DNA of 64,000 nt from an uncultured Methylomirabilota bacterium. GTDB taxonomy: Bacteria; Methylomirabilota; Methylomirabilia; Methylomirabilales; 2-02-FULL-66-22. The position numbers were made by a program, and so were the translations under genes. The stretch is taken from contig CAWJSJ010000002.1 of the NCBI GenBank assembly GCA_963845565.1, positions 2,240,001 through 2,304,000 of the forward strand, read 5' to 3'. The notes beneath the pieces were generated by a model. It was given only the letters and a program-made list of their open reading frames with translations, did not search any database and had not been told where the DNA came from. Below are positions 28,843 through 38,928 of the stretch, in pieces; positions within the stretch are counted from its first letter, which is position 1, and every line of letters starts with the position of its first letter.

Positions 28843-29655
28843 GTGGAGGTTGACCCCAAGAAGTGTGTCGCCTGCGCCAACTGTGTCCCCGTCTGCCCGA
28901 TGGGGGCCATCTACATCGATCCGGCCGTCAATCGGGCCACGGTGAACCTCGATGAGTGCGTCGAGTGTTTCACCTGTCACCGCGGAATGAGCAAAGAGCA
29001 CATGAACCCCGCCCTGGTGCGAGCCGTTCGTCGGATCGCGAAATGGTTCAGGTTCCGGTTCGAGCCCGAGCCGGACGTCTGCCCCACCGATGCCTTGACC
29101 CCCCAGGAACTGGCATGGCCGCGCGTCGTCCGGCGAGCCTTCAGCGACCCCTTGGTGCCCCACGAATCCACGGGGATTCACGGGCGCGGCACGGAAGAGG
29201 TCAAGACCAACGACGTCACGGGCCGGGTCAAGGAGGGTGAGGCCGGGTTCACCATCGAGTTCGGTCGGCCCGGGGTGGGGGTGCGCTTCCGCGACGTGCA
29301 GAAAATGACCACGGCGCTCGTCGGACTGCCGGTGGAGTTCGAGGACAAGAATCCGGTCTCCTCGCTGATGACCGATCGCGCCACCGGCGCCCTGCGGGCG
29401 GACGTCCTCGACGAGAAGGTCATGTCCGCCATCCTGGAACTGAAGACCCGGTTGGAGCACGTGCCCGCCGTGCTGGAGCGGGTCGAGGCGGTTGCGCAGG
29501 GGCTCCGGACCATCGTCAGCATCGGCGTCTCCACGCGCTGCGACGCAGCGGGGGACGACCGCCTTGCGCCGGTGCTCGTGCGCGAAGGATACGTGTTCTT
29601 CCGGGGGAAGACCAACCTGGGCCTGGGCCGTCGGCCGACGCCCGCCAACGCCTGA
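28843..29655 (+). CDS. 2x[4Fe-4S] ferredoxin-domain protein with uncharacterised C-terminal domain
   Basis: CVACANCVPVCP and CVECFTC...(insert)...CP; AAGGAG RBS; HGRGTEEVKTNDVTGR segment. Confidence 0.85.
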   Translation: MEVDPKKCVACANCVPVCPMGAIYIDPAVNRATVNLDECVECFTCHRGMSKEHMNPALVRAVRRIAKWFRFRFEPEPDVCPTDALTPQELAWPRVVRRAFSDPLVPHESTGIHGRGTEEVKTNDVTGRVKEGEAGFTIEFGRPGVGVRFRDVQKMTTALVGLPVEFEDKNPVSSLMTDRATGALRADVLDEKVMSAILELKTRLEHVPAVLERVEAVAQGLRTIVSIGVSTRCDAAGDDRLAPVLVREGYVFFRGKTNLGLGRRPTPANA

Positions 29656-29701
29656 AACCGACCCGCCCGCCGGGTCGTCGATCATCGAGGAGAATGCCGG
29701 C

Positions 29702-30376
29702 ATGACGAATACCTTGCACCGCTTCGGCGCACCCGAGACCCAGCGCGACGACTACATCGTCTTCGCCATGGCGTCCAAGGGGATCAACGACGCGGGGTCC
29801 GCCGAGAAGCTACGCACCTTTCTGGCGCTGGCCGTGAAGCACGGGCCGGTCAACGTGGGGCATGCCATCAAGGGCGGCATGTACCGGCCGTCGGAGAGCC
29901 TGACACCCCTGGCACACTGGTCGCGGCCGGCCGACGGGGACCCCGAGGCCGTGGTGCGCAGCATCGAGGAGCCCTCGACGGTCGCCGCGGTCTTCGACGA
30001 CGTCGCCAAAGTGGAAGCGCTCTTGAAGGATCTGAAGGCCGCCGATCTGGGGGTCTCCGTCAACATCGCCAGTCTGGCGGCCGAGGCGAACGCCTGCTGC
30101 CAGCGGGCAGGCATCACCCGACACAGCATCGAATACTCCCTGGGTTTCCACGGCGACCTGAACCAGTTGCCGGACCGGCATGTCTTGGAGTTGTCCACCA
30201 TGTGCGGCCACGGCATGGTCTCGCACAATTTCGCCCGGAAGATGATCGACCTGGTGCGGGAGAACCGCCGCACGCCGCAACAGGCCGCCGCGACGATGGC
30301 TCGTTTCTGCACCTGCGGCATCTTCAACCTCACCCGCGCCATCCGTGTCCTGGAGCAGGCGCGCAAGGGGGAGTGA
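29702..30376 (+). CDS. Conserved hypothetical Cys/His protein
   Basis: GAGGAG RBS; MTNTLHR, ACCQ, STMCGHGMVS, FCTCGIFN. Confidence 0.8.
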   Translation: MTNTLHRFGAPETQRDDYIVFAMASKGINDAGSAEKLRTFLALAVKHGPVNVGHAIKGGMYRPSESLTPLAHWSRPADGDPEAVVRSIEEPSTVAAVFDDVAKVEALLKDLKAADLGVSVNIASLAAEANACCQRAGITRHSIEYSLGFHGDLNQLPDRHVLELSTMCGHGMVSHNFARKMIDLVRENRRTPQQAAATMARFCTCGIFNLTRAIRVLEQARKGE

Positions 30377-30478
30377 CGACGCAGATTCGACTCGCTGTCG
30401 GAGATCGCTGTCGATCTTCGGGGTTATCCGAATGGGCACCGGTCAGGGAACGCTTTGGGCTGTCATGAGGAGGCAACT

Positions 30479-31393
30479 GTGAACGATGCACTCCAGAGCT
30501 ACCTGCAGGTCGGCATCGTGCACTTCATGGCGTATCCGGAGTGCATGAAAGGCGAGGGGCCGATCTATGATACGCTGACCAAGATCGTGGAGGACGACTT
30601 CTTTTCGGCGGTCGAGATCACCTGGATCAAGGACCCGGCGGAGCGGCAGCGGGTGAAGTCGCTACTGGCGACCAGCCATATGACCGTGGGGTACGGCGCC
30701 CAGCCGTGCCTGCTCAGCCAGAAGCTCAATCTCAATCATTTCGATCCCATCGAGCGGCAGAAGGCCGTGGATCAGGTCAAGGCCTGCATCAACGAGGCGG
30801 CGGAGGTCGGGGCGGGTGCCGTGGCGGTCCTGAGCGGCGCGGACCCCGGCGTGCGGCGCGAGGAAGCCTTCAAGCTGTTGGTGGCCTCGGTGAGCGAACT
30901 CTGCGGCCATGCCAAGGCCCAGGGGGTGCGGTTCATTCTGGAGAGCTTCGATTCCAAGTACGACAAAAAATGTCTGATCGGCCCCGCCAAGGACGCCTTG
31001 GCCCTGTGCAAGGCCGTCCGCAAGGCATACCCCGATTTTGGTATCATGATCGACCTGAGCCACCTCCCGATCCAGGACGAGACGCCGAAGAAAGTCTTTG
31101 AGACCCTGAAGCGGGACAATTTGGCGCACATCCACATTGGGAACAGCGTGAAGCAGTCCGGGCACCCGGCCTACGGCGACCAGCACCCCCGCTTCGGACT
31201 GCCGGGTGGCGAGAACGACGTGCCGCAGGTGGTCGAGTTCCTGCGCGAGTTGTTCGCGATCGGCTACCTGGCCGAGGGGCGGCGCCCGGTGGTGGCCTTT
31301 GAGGTCAAGCCCATGCCCGGCGAATCCTCCGGGGCCGTCATTGCCAACGCCAAGCGGACGCTGATCGCGGCGTGGGGGCGGCTGTCGGTCTAA
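30479..31393 (+). CDS. Sugar phosphate isomerase/epimerase family TIM-barrel protein
   Basis: LESFD, IDLSHLP, HIHIGN, AFEVKP metal-ligand pattern of the AP-endonuclease-2/xylose isomerase-like fold. Confidence 0.85.
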   Translation: MNDALQSYLQVGIVHFMAYPECMKGEGPIYDTLTKIVEDDFFSAVEITWIKDPAERQRVKSLLATSHMTVGYGAQPCLLSQKLNLNHFDPIERQKAVDQVKACINEAAEVGAGAVAVLSGADPGVRREEAFKLLVASVSELCGHAKAQGVRFILESFDSKYDKKCLIGPAKDALALCKAVRKAYPDFGIMIDLSHLPIQDETPKKVFETLKRDNLAHIHIGNSVKQSGHPAYGDQHPRFGLPGGENDVPQVVEFLRELFAIGYLAEGRRPVVAFEVKPMPGESSGAVIANAKRTLIAAWGRLSV

Positions 31394-31502
31394 CGTCGTT
31401 CGGGACGCGGTTCGGCGGTTCTCCCGATGGCCCCCGTTGTCGTCCTCACTGTCGCTCAGAGATCAAGAGCGCTCCCTGCCGGTTGCGTGGCTGTCGTGTG
31501 GC

Positions 31503-31531
31503 TTGCCACTCCTTTTCCTGACTGCTATCCT
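31503..31531 (+). promoter_or_regulatory. sigma70 promoter of the hybrid kinase
   Basis: TTGCCA-17nt-TATCCT with TGn extension. Confidence 0.55.
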
Positions 31532-31727
31532 TCCATCGTGGCTGTGCGCGTTGGGATTGGTGGTTCTGTCGCCGCGCGGTGATGCCGAATGTGCGCACCA
31601 CGACGCAGCCTTTCGCGCGGGATGGCGGGGCCTCTCTCGGCGGGAGTCGTTGGACTGCCCGACGGCGCGGCTGGCCGGGCGGTGTGCAGGTCAGCAGCAT
31701 TCTTCCTCACCAGTGGAGGCGCGGACG

Positions 31728-34052
31728 ATGCCGACCCAGAAACCGCGACCGACTCGAGGGTCACGCCGCCGCGGTCCCGTCCGGGAACCCTATCAATTAC
31801 TATTCGAGGCCAACCCACATCCGATGTGGGTCTACGATCTGGAAACGCTCGCCTTCCTCGCGGTCAACGACACCGCCGTCCGACGGTACGGCTACTCCCG
31901 GGAGGAGTTTCTGGGGATGACCATCAAGGACATCCGCCCGCCCGAGGATGTTCCGGCGTTGCTGGAGAACGTCGCACGAGTGGGCGAGGGGCTCGACGAA
32001 GCGGGGGTCTGGCGACATCGGACGAAGGAGGGCACCCTCATCGAGGTGGAGATCGTGTCGCACGCCCTCACCTTCGCCGACCGGAAGGCGGAACTGGTTC
32101 TCGCCCAGGATGTCACCGATCGACGACGGATGGAGTGGACGCTACGCGAGAGCGAGCGAAGACTCGCCACGCTGTTCCGGTCCGTCCCTGACATGGTGGG
32201 GATCGTCAGCGTAGCGGAAGGGCGGTATCTCGACGTCAATGACGGATACGGCCGGATTCTCGGGTACGCGCGCGACGAGTTGCTTGGACGGACGATCCAC
32301 GAACTGGGCATCTGGGCGGATGCGCTGCCCCGCGCAACCCTCGTGGAGGCGTTGATGCGCGACGGGGCGGTGCGCAACTGGGAGATTCAATACCGGACGA
32401 AGGCGGGGCGGGTGATTATCGGGCTCGTGTCCGCCGAACTGATTGACTACGCCGGCGTCCCCTGTGTGCTATCGGTGACCCGCGACGTCACCGAACGCGC
32501 CCACGCCGAAACGGCTCTGCGGGCGAGCGAAGCGAAGCTGCGGAGCATCTTTCGGGCCGCGCCTGTGGGGGTTGGGGTGGTGGTCCATCGGGTGCTGAAG
32601 GCTGCCAACCAGCGCCTGTGCGAGATGGTCGGGTACGCCGAGGACGAGTTGGTCAATCAAAGCGCGCGCCTGCTCTATCCCACCGACGAGGACTTCGCCA
32701 TCGTCGGGCGGGACAAGTACGCCCAGATCGAGACCACGGGGGTCGGCACGGTCGAAACCCGCTGGCGGCGGAAGGACGGGGCCCTGCTCGACGTGCTGCT
32801 CAGCTCGGCGCCGATTGAGCCGGACGACTGGGCGGCGGGAGTCATCTTCACGGCGCTGGACATCACGGACCGTACGCGTGCCGCAGAGGAGCGGCAGCGG
32901 TTCGAGGAACAGATGCGGCATGCGCAGAAGCTGGAGAGCCTGGGGGTGCTGGCGGGGGGTATCGCACACGATTTCAACAACCTGCTGATGGCCATCCTGG
33001 GGAACGCCGATCTGGCGCTCCTGGCGCTCCCGCCCGCCTCCCCGGCCCGGCAGTACGTCCAGGAGATCGAGCGAGCGTCACGTCGCGCCGCGGACCTGTG
33101 CCGACAGATGCTGGCGTATTCCGGCAAGGGTCGCTTCGTCGTGGAGCGCCACGACCTGTCCGAGTTGGTCCGGGAGATGGCCCACATGCTGGAGGTGTCG
33201 GTGTCCAGGCGGGCCACCGTCGAGTATCGGTTCACGCCGGACCTTCCGGCGGTCGAGGCGGATGCGACGCAGTTGCGTCAGATCGTCATGAACCTGATGA
33301 CCAACGCGTCAGAGGCCTTGGGCGATCGACGCGGCACCATCACGGTCACCACCGGGACGCGAAGATTCGACCGGGCCTTCCTGCGCGAGAGTCTCCTGGG
33401 GGCGGATCTCGCCGAGGGAGAATACGTGTATCTCGAGGTCGCCGACACCGGGTGCGGCATGGATGCCGCAACCCGGGAGCGGATTTTCGACCCCTTCTTC
33501 ACGACGAAGTTTGCGGGCAGAGGGTTAGGGCTGGCGGCGGTGCTCGGGATCGTCCGCGGCCACGGCGGAGCCATTCGTGTGCAAAGCGCACCGGCGCAGG
33601 GCTCCACGTTCACCGTGCTCCTTCCGGCGGTCCCCGGCGTCGTCCGCGCGGAGACGCGCCGCGCCGGCGCGGACGCGGACTGGCAGGGGGCGGGCACGGT
33701 GCTGCTGGTGGACGACGAGGAGGCGGTGCGGACCGTCGGGGCGCGGATGCTCGAATGGTCGGGGTTCCAGGTGCTGACCGCCGGCGACGGGGACGAGGCG
33801 CTCGCGGCGTACCGGCAGCACGCCGACGCCATCGTGTGCGTGCTCCTCGATCTGACCATGCCGGGTCTGAGCGGCGAAGAGACGTTCGCCGAGCTGCGTC
33901 GCGTGCGAGGCGATGTCCGGGTGGTTCTCTCCAGCGGCTACGATGCGGACGAGGTCGCAGGCCGATTCGAAGGCCGCGGTCCGGACGGCTTCATCCAGAA
34001 GCCGTACACGATGGAAGCGTTGCGGGATACCCTTCGACGCGCGCTCGCCTGA
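31728..34052 (+). CDS. Hybrid sensor histidine kinase (3x PAS-HisKA-HATPase-REC, CckA-like)
   Basis: AGGIAHDFNNLL H-box, NLMTNA, DTGCGM, FFTTK, GRGLGL, C-terminal LLVDDE...LLDLTMP...KP. Confidence 0.93.
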   Translation: MPTQKPRPTRGSRRRGPVREPYQLLFEANPHPMWVYDLETLAFLAVNDTAVRRYGYSREEFLGMTIKDIRPPEDVPALLENVARVGEGLDEAGVWRHRTKEGTLIEVEIVSHALTFADRKAELVLAQDVTDRRRMEWTLRESERRLATLFRSVPDMVGIVSVAEGRYLDVNDGYGRILGYARDELLGRTIHELGIWADALPRATLVEALMRDGAVRNWEIQYRTKAGRVIIGLVSAELIDYAGVPCVLSVTRDVTERAHAETALRASEAKLRSIFRAAPVGVGVVVHRVLKAANQRLCEMVGYAEDELVNQSARLLYPTDEDFAIVGRDKYAQIETTGVGTVETRWRRKDGALLDVLLSSAPIEPDDWAAGVIFTALDITDRTRAAEERQRFEEQMRHAQKLESLGVLAGGIAHDFNNLLMAILGNADLALLALPPASPARQYVQEIERASRRAADLCRQMLAYSGKGRFVVERHDLSELVREMAHMLEVSVSRRATVEYRFTPDLPAVEADATQLRQIVMNLMTNASEALGDRRGTITVTTGTRRFDRAFLRESLLGADLAEGEYVYLEVADTGCGMDAATRERIFDPFFTTKFAGRGLGLAAVLGIVRGHGGAIRVQSAPAQGSTFTVLLPAVPGVVRAETRRAGADADWQGAGTVLLVDDEEAVRTVGARMLEWSGFQVLTAGDGDEALAAYRQHADAIVCVLLDLTMPGLSGEETFAELRRVRGDVRVVLSSGYDADEVAGRFEGRGPDGFIQKPYTMEALRDTLRRALA

Positions 34053-34120
34053 CCGTTCCGCGGGATGAGCGCGACCACATACACGGAGGGCATTTCTCAG
34101 AGCGGACGAAGGCGCGGTAC

Positions 34121-37090
34121 ATGGCTGAGACTTTGCGGGGGCCGGACGGCGTTCTTCGGGCGCTGATCCAAGCATCGCCGTTGGCGATTGTTGCCGTCGA
34201 TTGCGATGCGAAGGTGACGGTGTGGAACCCGGCCGCGCAGCGCATCTTCGGCTGGAGCGAAGCGGACGTGCTGGGCAAGCCGCCCCCCTATCGGCCCGAG
34301 AGCGCGCGGGAGGCGCTTCGCCGGGGGACAGCGCCTGACCTGCGGGGTGCGAGCGGTGTCGGGCTGGACGTGCGCCGCCAGCGGCGCGATGGCGCCATGA
34401 TCGAGGTCCGCCTGTGGACGACGCCGGTACGGGACGCCGCCGGCCAGGTCGTCGGCGCGCTGGAGTTCGTGGAGGACATCACTGCGCGAATGCGCACCGC
34501 GGCGGCGCTGCGCGACAGCGAGGTGCAGCGGGCAGCGGTGCTCCGTGCCGTGCCCGTGGTCCTGTACCGCGCCAGCACGGCCGGCGAACATGACAGCCTG
34601 TGGGTCAGCGAGAACGTCGAGCGGCTCACCGGCTTTGCCGCCGGGCGGTTCACGGACACCCCTGGCTTCTGGGCCTCGCGCCTGCATCCGGACGACCGGG
34701 CGACCGCGTTGCGGGTATCCGGCACCCTGACGGAGGCCGCGGCGACGACCATGCAATACCGCTGGCAACGCGCCGACGGCACCTACCGCTGGCTCCTCGA
34801 CCAGGCACACCTCGTGCGGCAGCCCGATGGGACCGCAGAGTTGCTGGGGACCTGGCTCGACATCACTGAACGCCGACAGGCGGACGAGACGCTGGTCCGA
34901 CGGACGACGCAAATCGAGGCCGTCCGCGCCATCAGCGCCGAGGTCACACGGGAGCTGAATCTGGTGGCGCTGTCGGACCTGATCCACCGGCGTGCGATGG
35001 AGTTGGTCGGCGCGAGCGGGGGATCGTTGTTCCTCTGGGACGAGACGGCCCGCCGACTGGTGCCGCAGGTCTGGCACGGCCTGCCGGACGGCTTGGGGGC
35101 GCTGGCGCTCGCGCCGGGAGAGGGCGTCTGCGGGGTGGTCGCGGAGCGGGGTGAGGGGATGATCGTCAACGACTACCGGACCTCGCCGTACGCCCACCCT
35201 CGATTCCGCGGGCGAGGCCGCGCTCACCGCCGTCCTGGCCGAACCGCTGCGCTTCCGCAAGCGCCTGATCGGGGTGATTGTGGTGAACCACCAGGCGGAC
35301 GGGCGAGGCTTCGGCGAGGACGATCAGCAACTCCTGCGCCTGTTCGCCGACCAGGCGACCATCGCCATCGAAAACGCCCGCCTGTACGCGGAGGCGGAGC
35401 GCCAGCGGCGCGAGGGCGAGGTGGTGGCGGCGATTGCGCAACGCATCACCGCGACGCTGGATCTCGACGTGGTCCTGCAGGACGTCACGGAGGAGGCGCG
35501 ACGCCTGTGCGGAAGCGACCTGGCCCAGATCGCGCTCCGCGACGCGTCGACGGATACGCTGGCGTTTCGCTACCGAGCCGGGGCGCATGCGGAACGACTC
35601 CACGCGGCATCGCATTGAGCGAGGGAAGGGCGTTGGGGGGCGAGTGTTGCTCACGGGGCAGCCGTTCCGGACCGCCGACTATGCGAGGGACCCTCGGATC
35701 ACGAAGGATTACCTGGCCAACACACGCGCCGAGGGCGTGGTGGCGGAACTGGCGGTGCCCATCCGGACCGGGGAACACTTGGAAGGCGTGCTCTTCGTTG
35801 ACAACCGGTCACCGCGCGCGTTCGCCGACCGCGACGAACGGACGTTGCTCCGCCTCGCCGATCATGCCGCCATCGCCATCAGAAATGCCCGGCTGCATGC
35901 GACAGCCGTCGAGCGGGCACAGCAGCTCGAGACCCTGCACCGGGCGGCGCTGGCGCTGACGACGGAGCTGGACCCGCGTGAGGTCGCCCGGAGGATTCTC
36001 GAGGGCGTCCAGTCTGTTGTTCCCGGGGGCCGCGGGGCGCTTGCTCGAACAGGCGGACGGGGGCGAGACGTTGCGGGTGGTGGCGAGCATCGGCCTGCAG
36101 CGGCCGGATCTCGCCCAGGCGTCGCGCCTGCGCCCCGGGGAAGGTCTGGCCGGACTCGCCGCCGCGACCCGCCGGCCCGTCATCAGCGAGGCGATCGCGG
36201 AGGATGTGCGATTCGTGAACCGCGCGTGGGCGGCCGCCGAAGGGTTCGGATCGGGCATCCTTTTCCCGCTCCTGCACGGTGAGCGCGTCACCGGCATCCT
36301 GTCCGTGTTTCTCCGGCGGCGTCACATCTTTACAGAGGAAGAAGTGGACCTCGTGCAGGTACTGGCCGCGCACGCCGGCATCGCCCTGGAGAATGCCCGG
36401 CTCTTCGAGGAAGCGCGCGTCGGGCGGGCGCGACTGCTGAGCCTGACCGCACAGGTGGTCTCGGCGCAAGAAGACGAGCGCCGCCGCCTGTCGCGCGAGC
36501 TGCACGACGAGGCCGGGCAGGCCTTGACGGCGCTCCGGATCAGTCTCGGCCTGATGACCGACGAGGTGCCCGCCGACGCCGCGGCGCTCCGGCACCGCCT
36601 CGCCGAGGCAGCGACCCTCACGGACGCGGTGACCGACCAGGTCCGACAGATCGCCCAGGCGCTCCGGCCCCCGGCCCTCGATGCCCTGGGCGTGAACGCG
36701 GCCCTCGAAGGCTGCTGCAGGGACTTCAGCCGGCGGGCCCAGCTGACCGTCGAGTACACGGGCACGGACCTGCCCTTGCCGCGGGAGACCATCGGAATCC
36801 AACTGTACCGCGTGCTGCAGGAGGCGCTGACGAACGTCGCCAAGCACGCACGCGCGCGTCGCGTGCAGGTCCGGCTGGAACCCATGGACGGCATGATCCA
36901 ACTCGTCGTCGAGGACGACGGGGCGGGATTCGACCCGGAGGCCTGGGCGGGTCACCGATCCGGCATGGGCATCGGGCTGATCGGCATGCGAGAGCGGATC
37001 GAGCAACTCCAGGGGCGCCTGGAGATCGCCTCGCAGCCAGGGCGAGGCACCCGCCTCGTGGCCCGCATCCCCGCCCCGGAGAAGCCATGA
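34121..37090 (+). CDS. PAS-PAS-GAF-GAF-GAF NarX/UhpB-type sensor kinase (frameshifted as assembled)
   Basis: ERRRLSRELHDEAGQ, QEALTNVAKHA, DDGAGF, GLIGMRER; frame breaks near 35207, 35605, 36020. Confidence 0.85.
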
Positions 37091-37742
37091 TCCGCGTCGT
37101 CCTCGCCGACGATCACGCACCTGGTCCGCCAAGGCCTCCGCGCCCTCCTCGAGAGAGCCGGCGACATCGAGGTGGTGGGGGAGGCGGCCGACGGCCAGGA
37201 GGCCCTCGAGGTGGTCGAGCGCCTGCTTGCCCGACGTGCTGCTGGTCGACATCGCGATGCCCCACCTGAACGGAGTGGAAGCCGTCGGCCGCCTGCGCGG
37301 CCTCAAAGTGAAAACCCGGGCGTTGATCCTCTCCATGTACACCGACGACACGCTGGTCCGCCAGGCCCTCCGGAATGGCGCGAACGGCTATCTGCTCAAG
37401 CGGGCGGTCGCCGACGAGCTCCTCCTGGCGGTCCGCGCGGTCGCCCGGGGCGACACCTACCTCAGCCCCGAGGTGGCCGGCCCCCTCCTCACCCCGCTCG
37501 TCGCGGGCCTGCCAGGCGGGGAGGCCGCAACTCCCCTCGACCGCCTCACCGCCCGGGAACGGGAAGTCCTCCAACTGATCGCCGAGGGCCACACCAACCA
37601 CGAGATCGCCGCCCATCTGACCCTCAGCGAGAAGACCGTCGAGAAACACCGCGGCCACCTCATGGCCAAGCTCGCCGTCCACGACACCGCCGCCCTCGTC
37701 CGCTTCGCCATCAAGCACGGCCTGGTCGCGCTGGACGCGTAA
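37087..37742 (+). CDS. NarL/FixJ family response regulator, copy 1 (two +1 frameshifts)
   Basis: 656 nt versus 654 nt for the intact copy at 41539; extra bases near 37117 and 37227; LTAREREVLQLIAEG HTH. Confidence 0.9.
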
Positions 37743-38058
37743 CCGCCCCGCTGTCTGCGGCTGCGCCCGGGTCGCTGGGAAACGCGCAGAGCGCATAGCG
37801 TCCGCCCCTTGCCCCTGCGCTAGGCGCTTTGCCGTTCGCTGCCCGCTGCCGCCGCCAGCTCTCTCCGCTCCCTGGTCCTCTTCTTAAAGAAGGAGGGGAA
37901 GGCCCGATAGACAGGCACGTGTCGGTGGGAAAATGCACGGGATTCTCAGCGCCGTGCGACGCGGGGGAAAAGGCTGGTCGTGAGCGGGGATCCGCTGGTC
38001 CCGTCGCAGATCGCCCTCAGGCGACTCGACTCGAGAGCCAACCCCCAGGAGGCGTGCG

Positions 38059-38865
38059 ATGGCGGTGGCAGGGCCGGACTCTTCCGTCCGGGTGCAGTGG
38101 GCTCGGGTGACCCGGGAATCGTCCGGCGACTTCGGAGTCGATCGCCCAGAGGCGCCTCCGGCCCGGGGTCGCCTCCCGGCCGAACGGACCCTGGCCGACA
38201 TCCTCGGCGTGGGGCGCCCGACCATGCGGGAGGCGCTCCGGGTGACCGAGGCGATGGGACTGCTCGTCGTGCGTCCCGGGGAGGGCACTGATCAGCCGGC
38301 CCCGCGGCGGTGCCGCCCACCATCGGGCGAGTCGGACCTCAATCGGCCGGGCGACCTGCTCAGCCTCTCCGAGCTTCGCATGGCGGCGAGCCGGGCCAGG
38401 CCGCGCTGGCGGCGCGGCGCGGCGCGCCCGAGGCGCTCGCGCAGATGCGGACCATCCTGTCCGCGAGCGCGCTAGCGCGGCAGCAGGGAGCCGCGGGGCG
38501 GCAGAAGGCACAGACTTTCATTGCTCGATCGCGGAAGTCGACCGGCAATACCCGCTGTCGTCGGGCTCATGCGGAGCACGACGTTAACATTACAGGAAAC
38601 GCGAGACGCGGTGCTGCGGTACGACGGCCGCCCCGCCCGCTCCCTCCGAGAACATCTCGCGGTCTTTGCGGCGATCGAAGAGCGGAATCCGACCTCGCCA
38701 AGCGGCGCATGCTCGACCCACATTCGGAGCGTTGAGCGCGTCCTGTTTGCGGCACACGCGGTCGGCCACGCTCTCGCAGCCTGCTGGGTACTGGAACAGG
38801 GAGAGATCCTCCCCTTAGCGACGCACCGTCCCCCGCGCGGTGGGCAGGGAGGTTTGCTCCGATGA
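38059..38865 (+). pseudogene. FadR/GntR family regulator (multiple frameshifts)
   Basis: RLPAERTLADILGVGRPTMREAL...LLVVRPGEGT HTH and SLREHLAVFAAIEERNP FCD fragments in different frames. Confidence 0.8.
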
Positions 38866-38928
38866 GAATCCGATGGTGAGAATCACGACGATGGCTCTCG
38901 AATCGGCGAACACAAAGGAGGCTCACAT

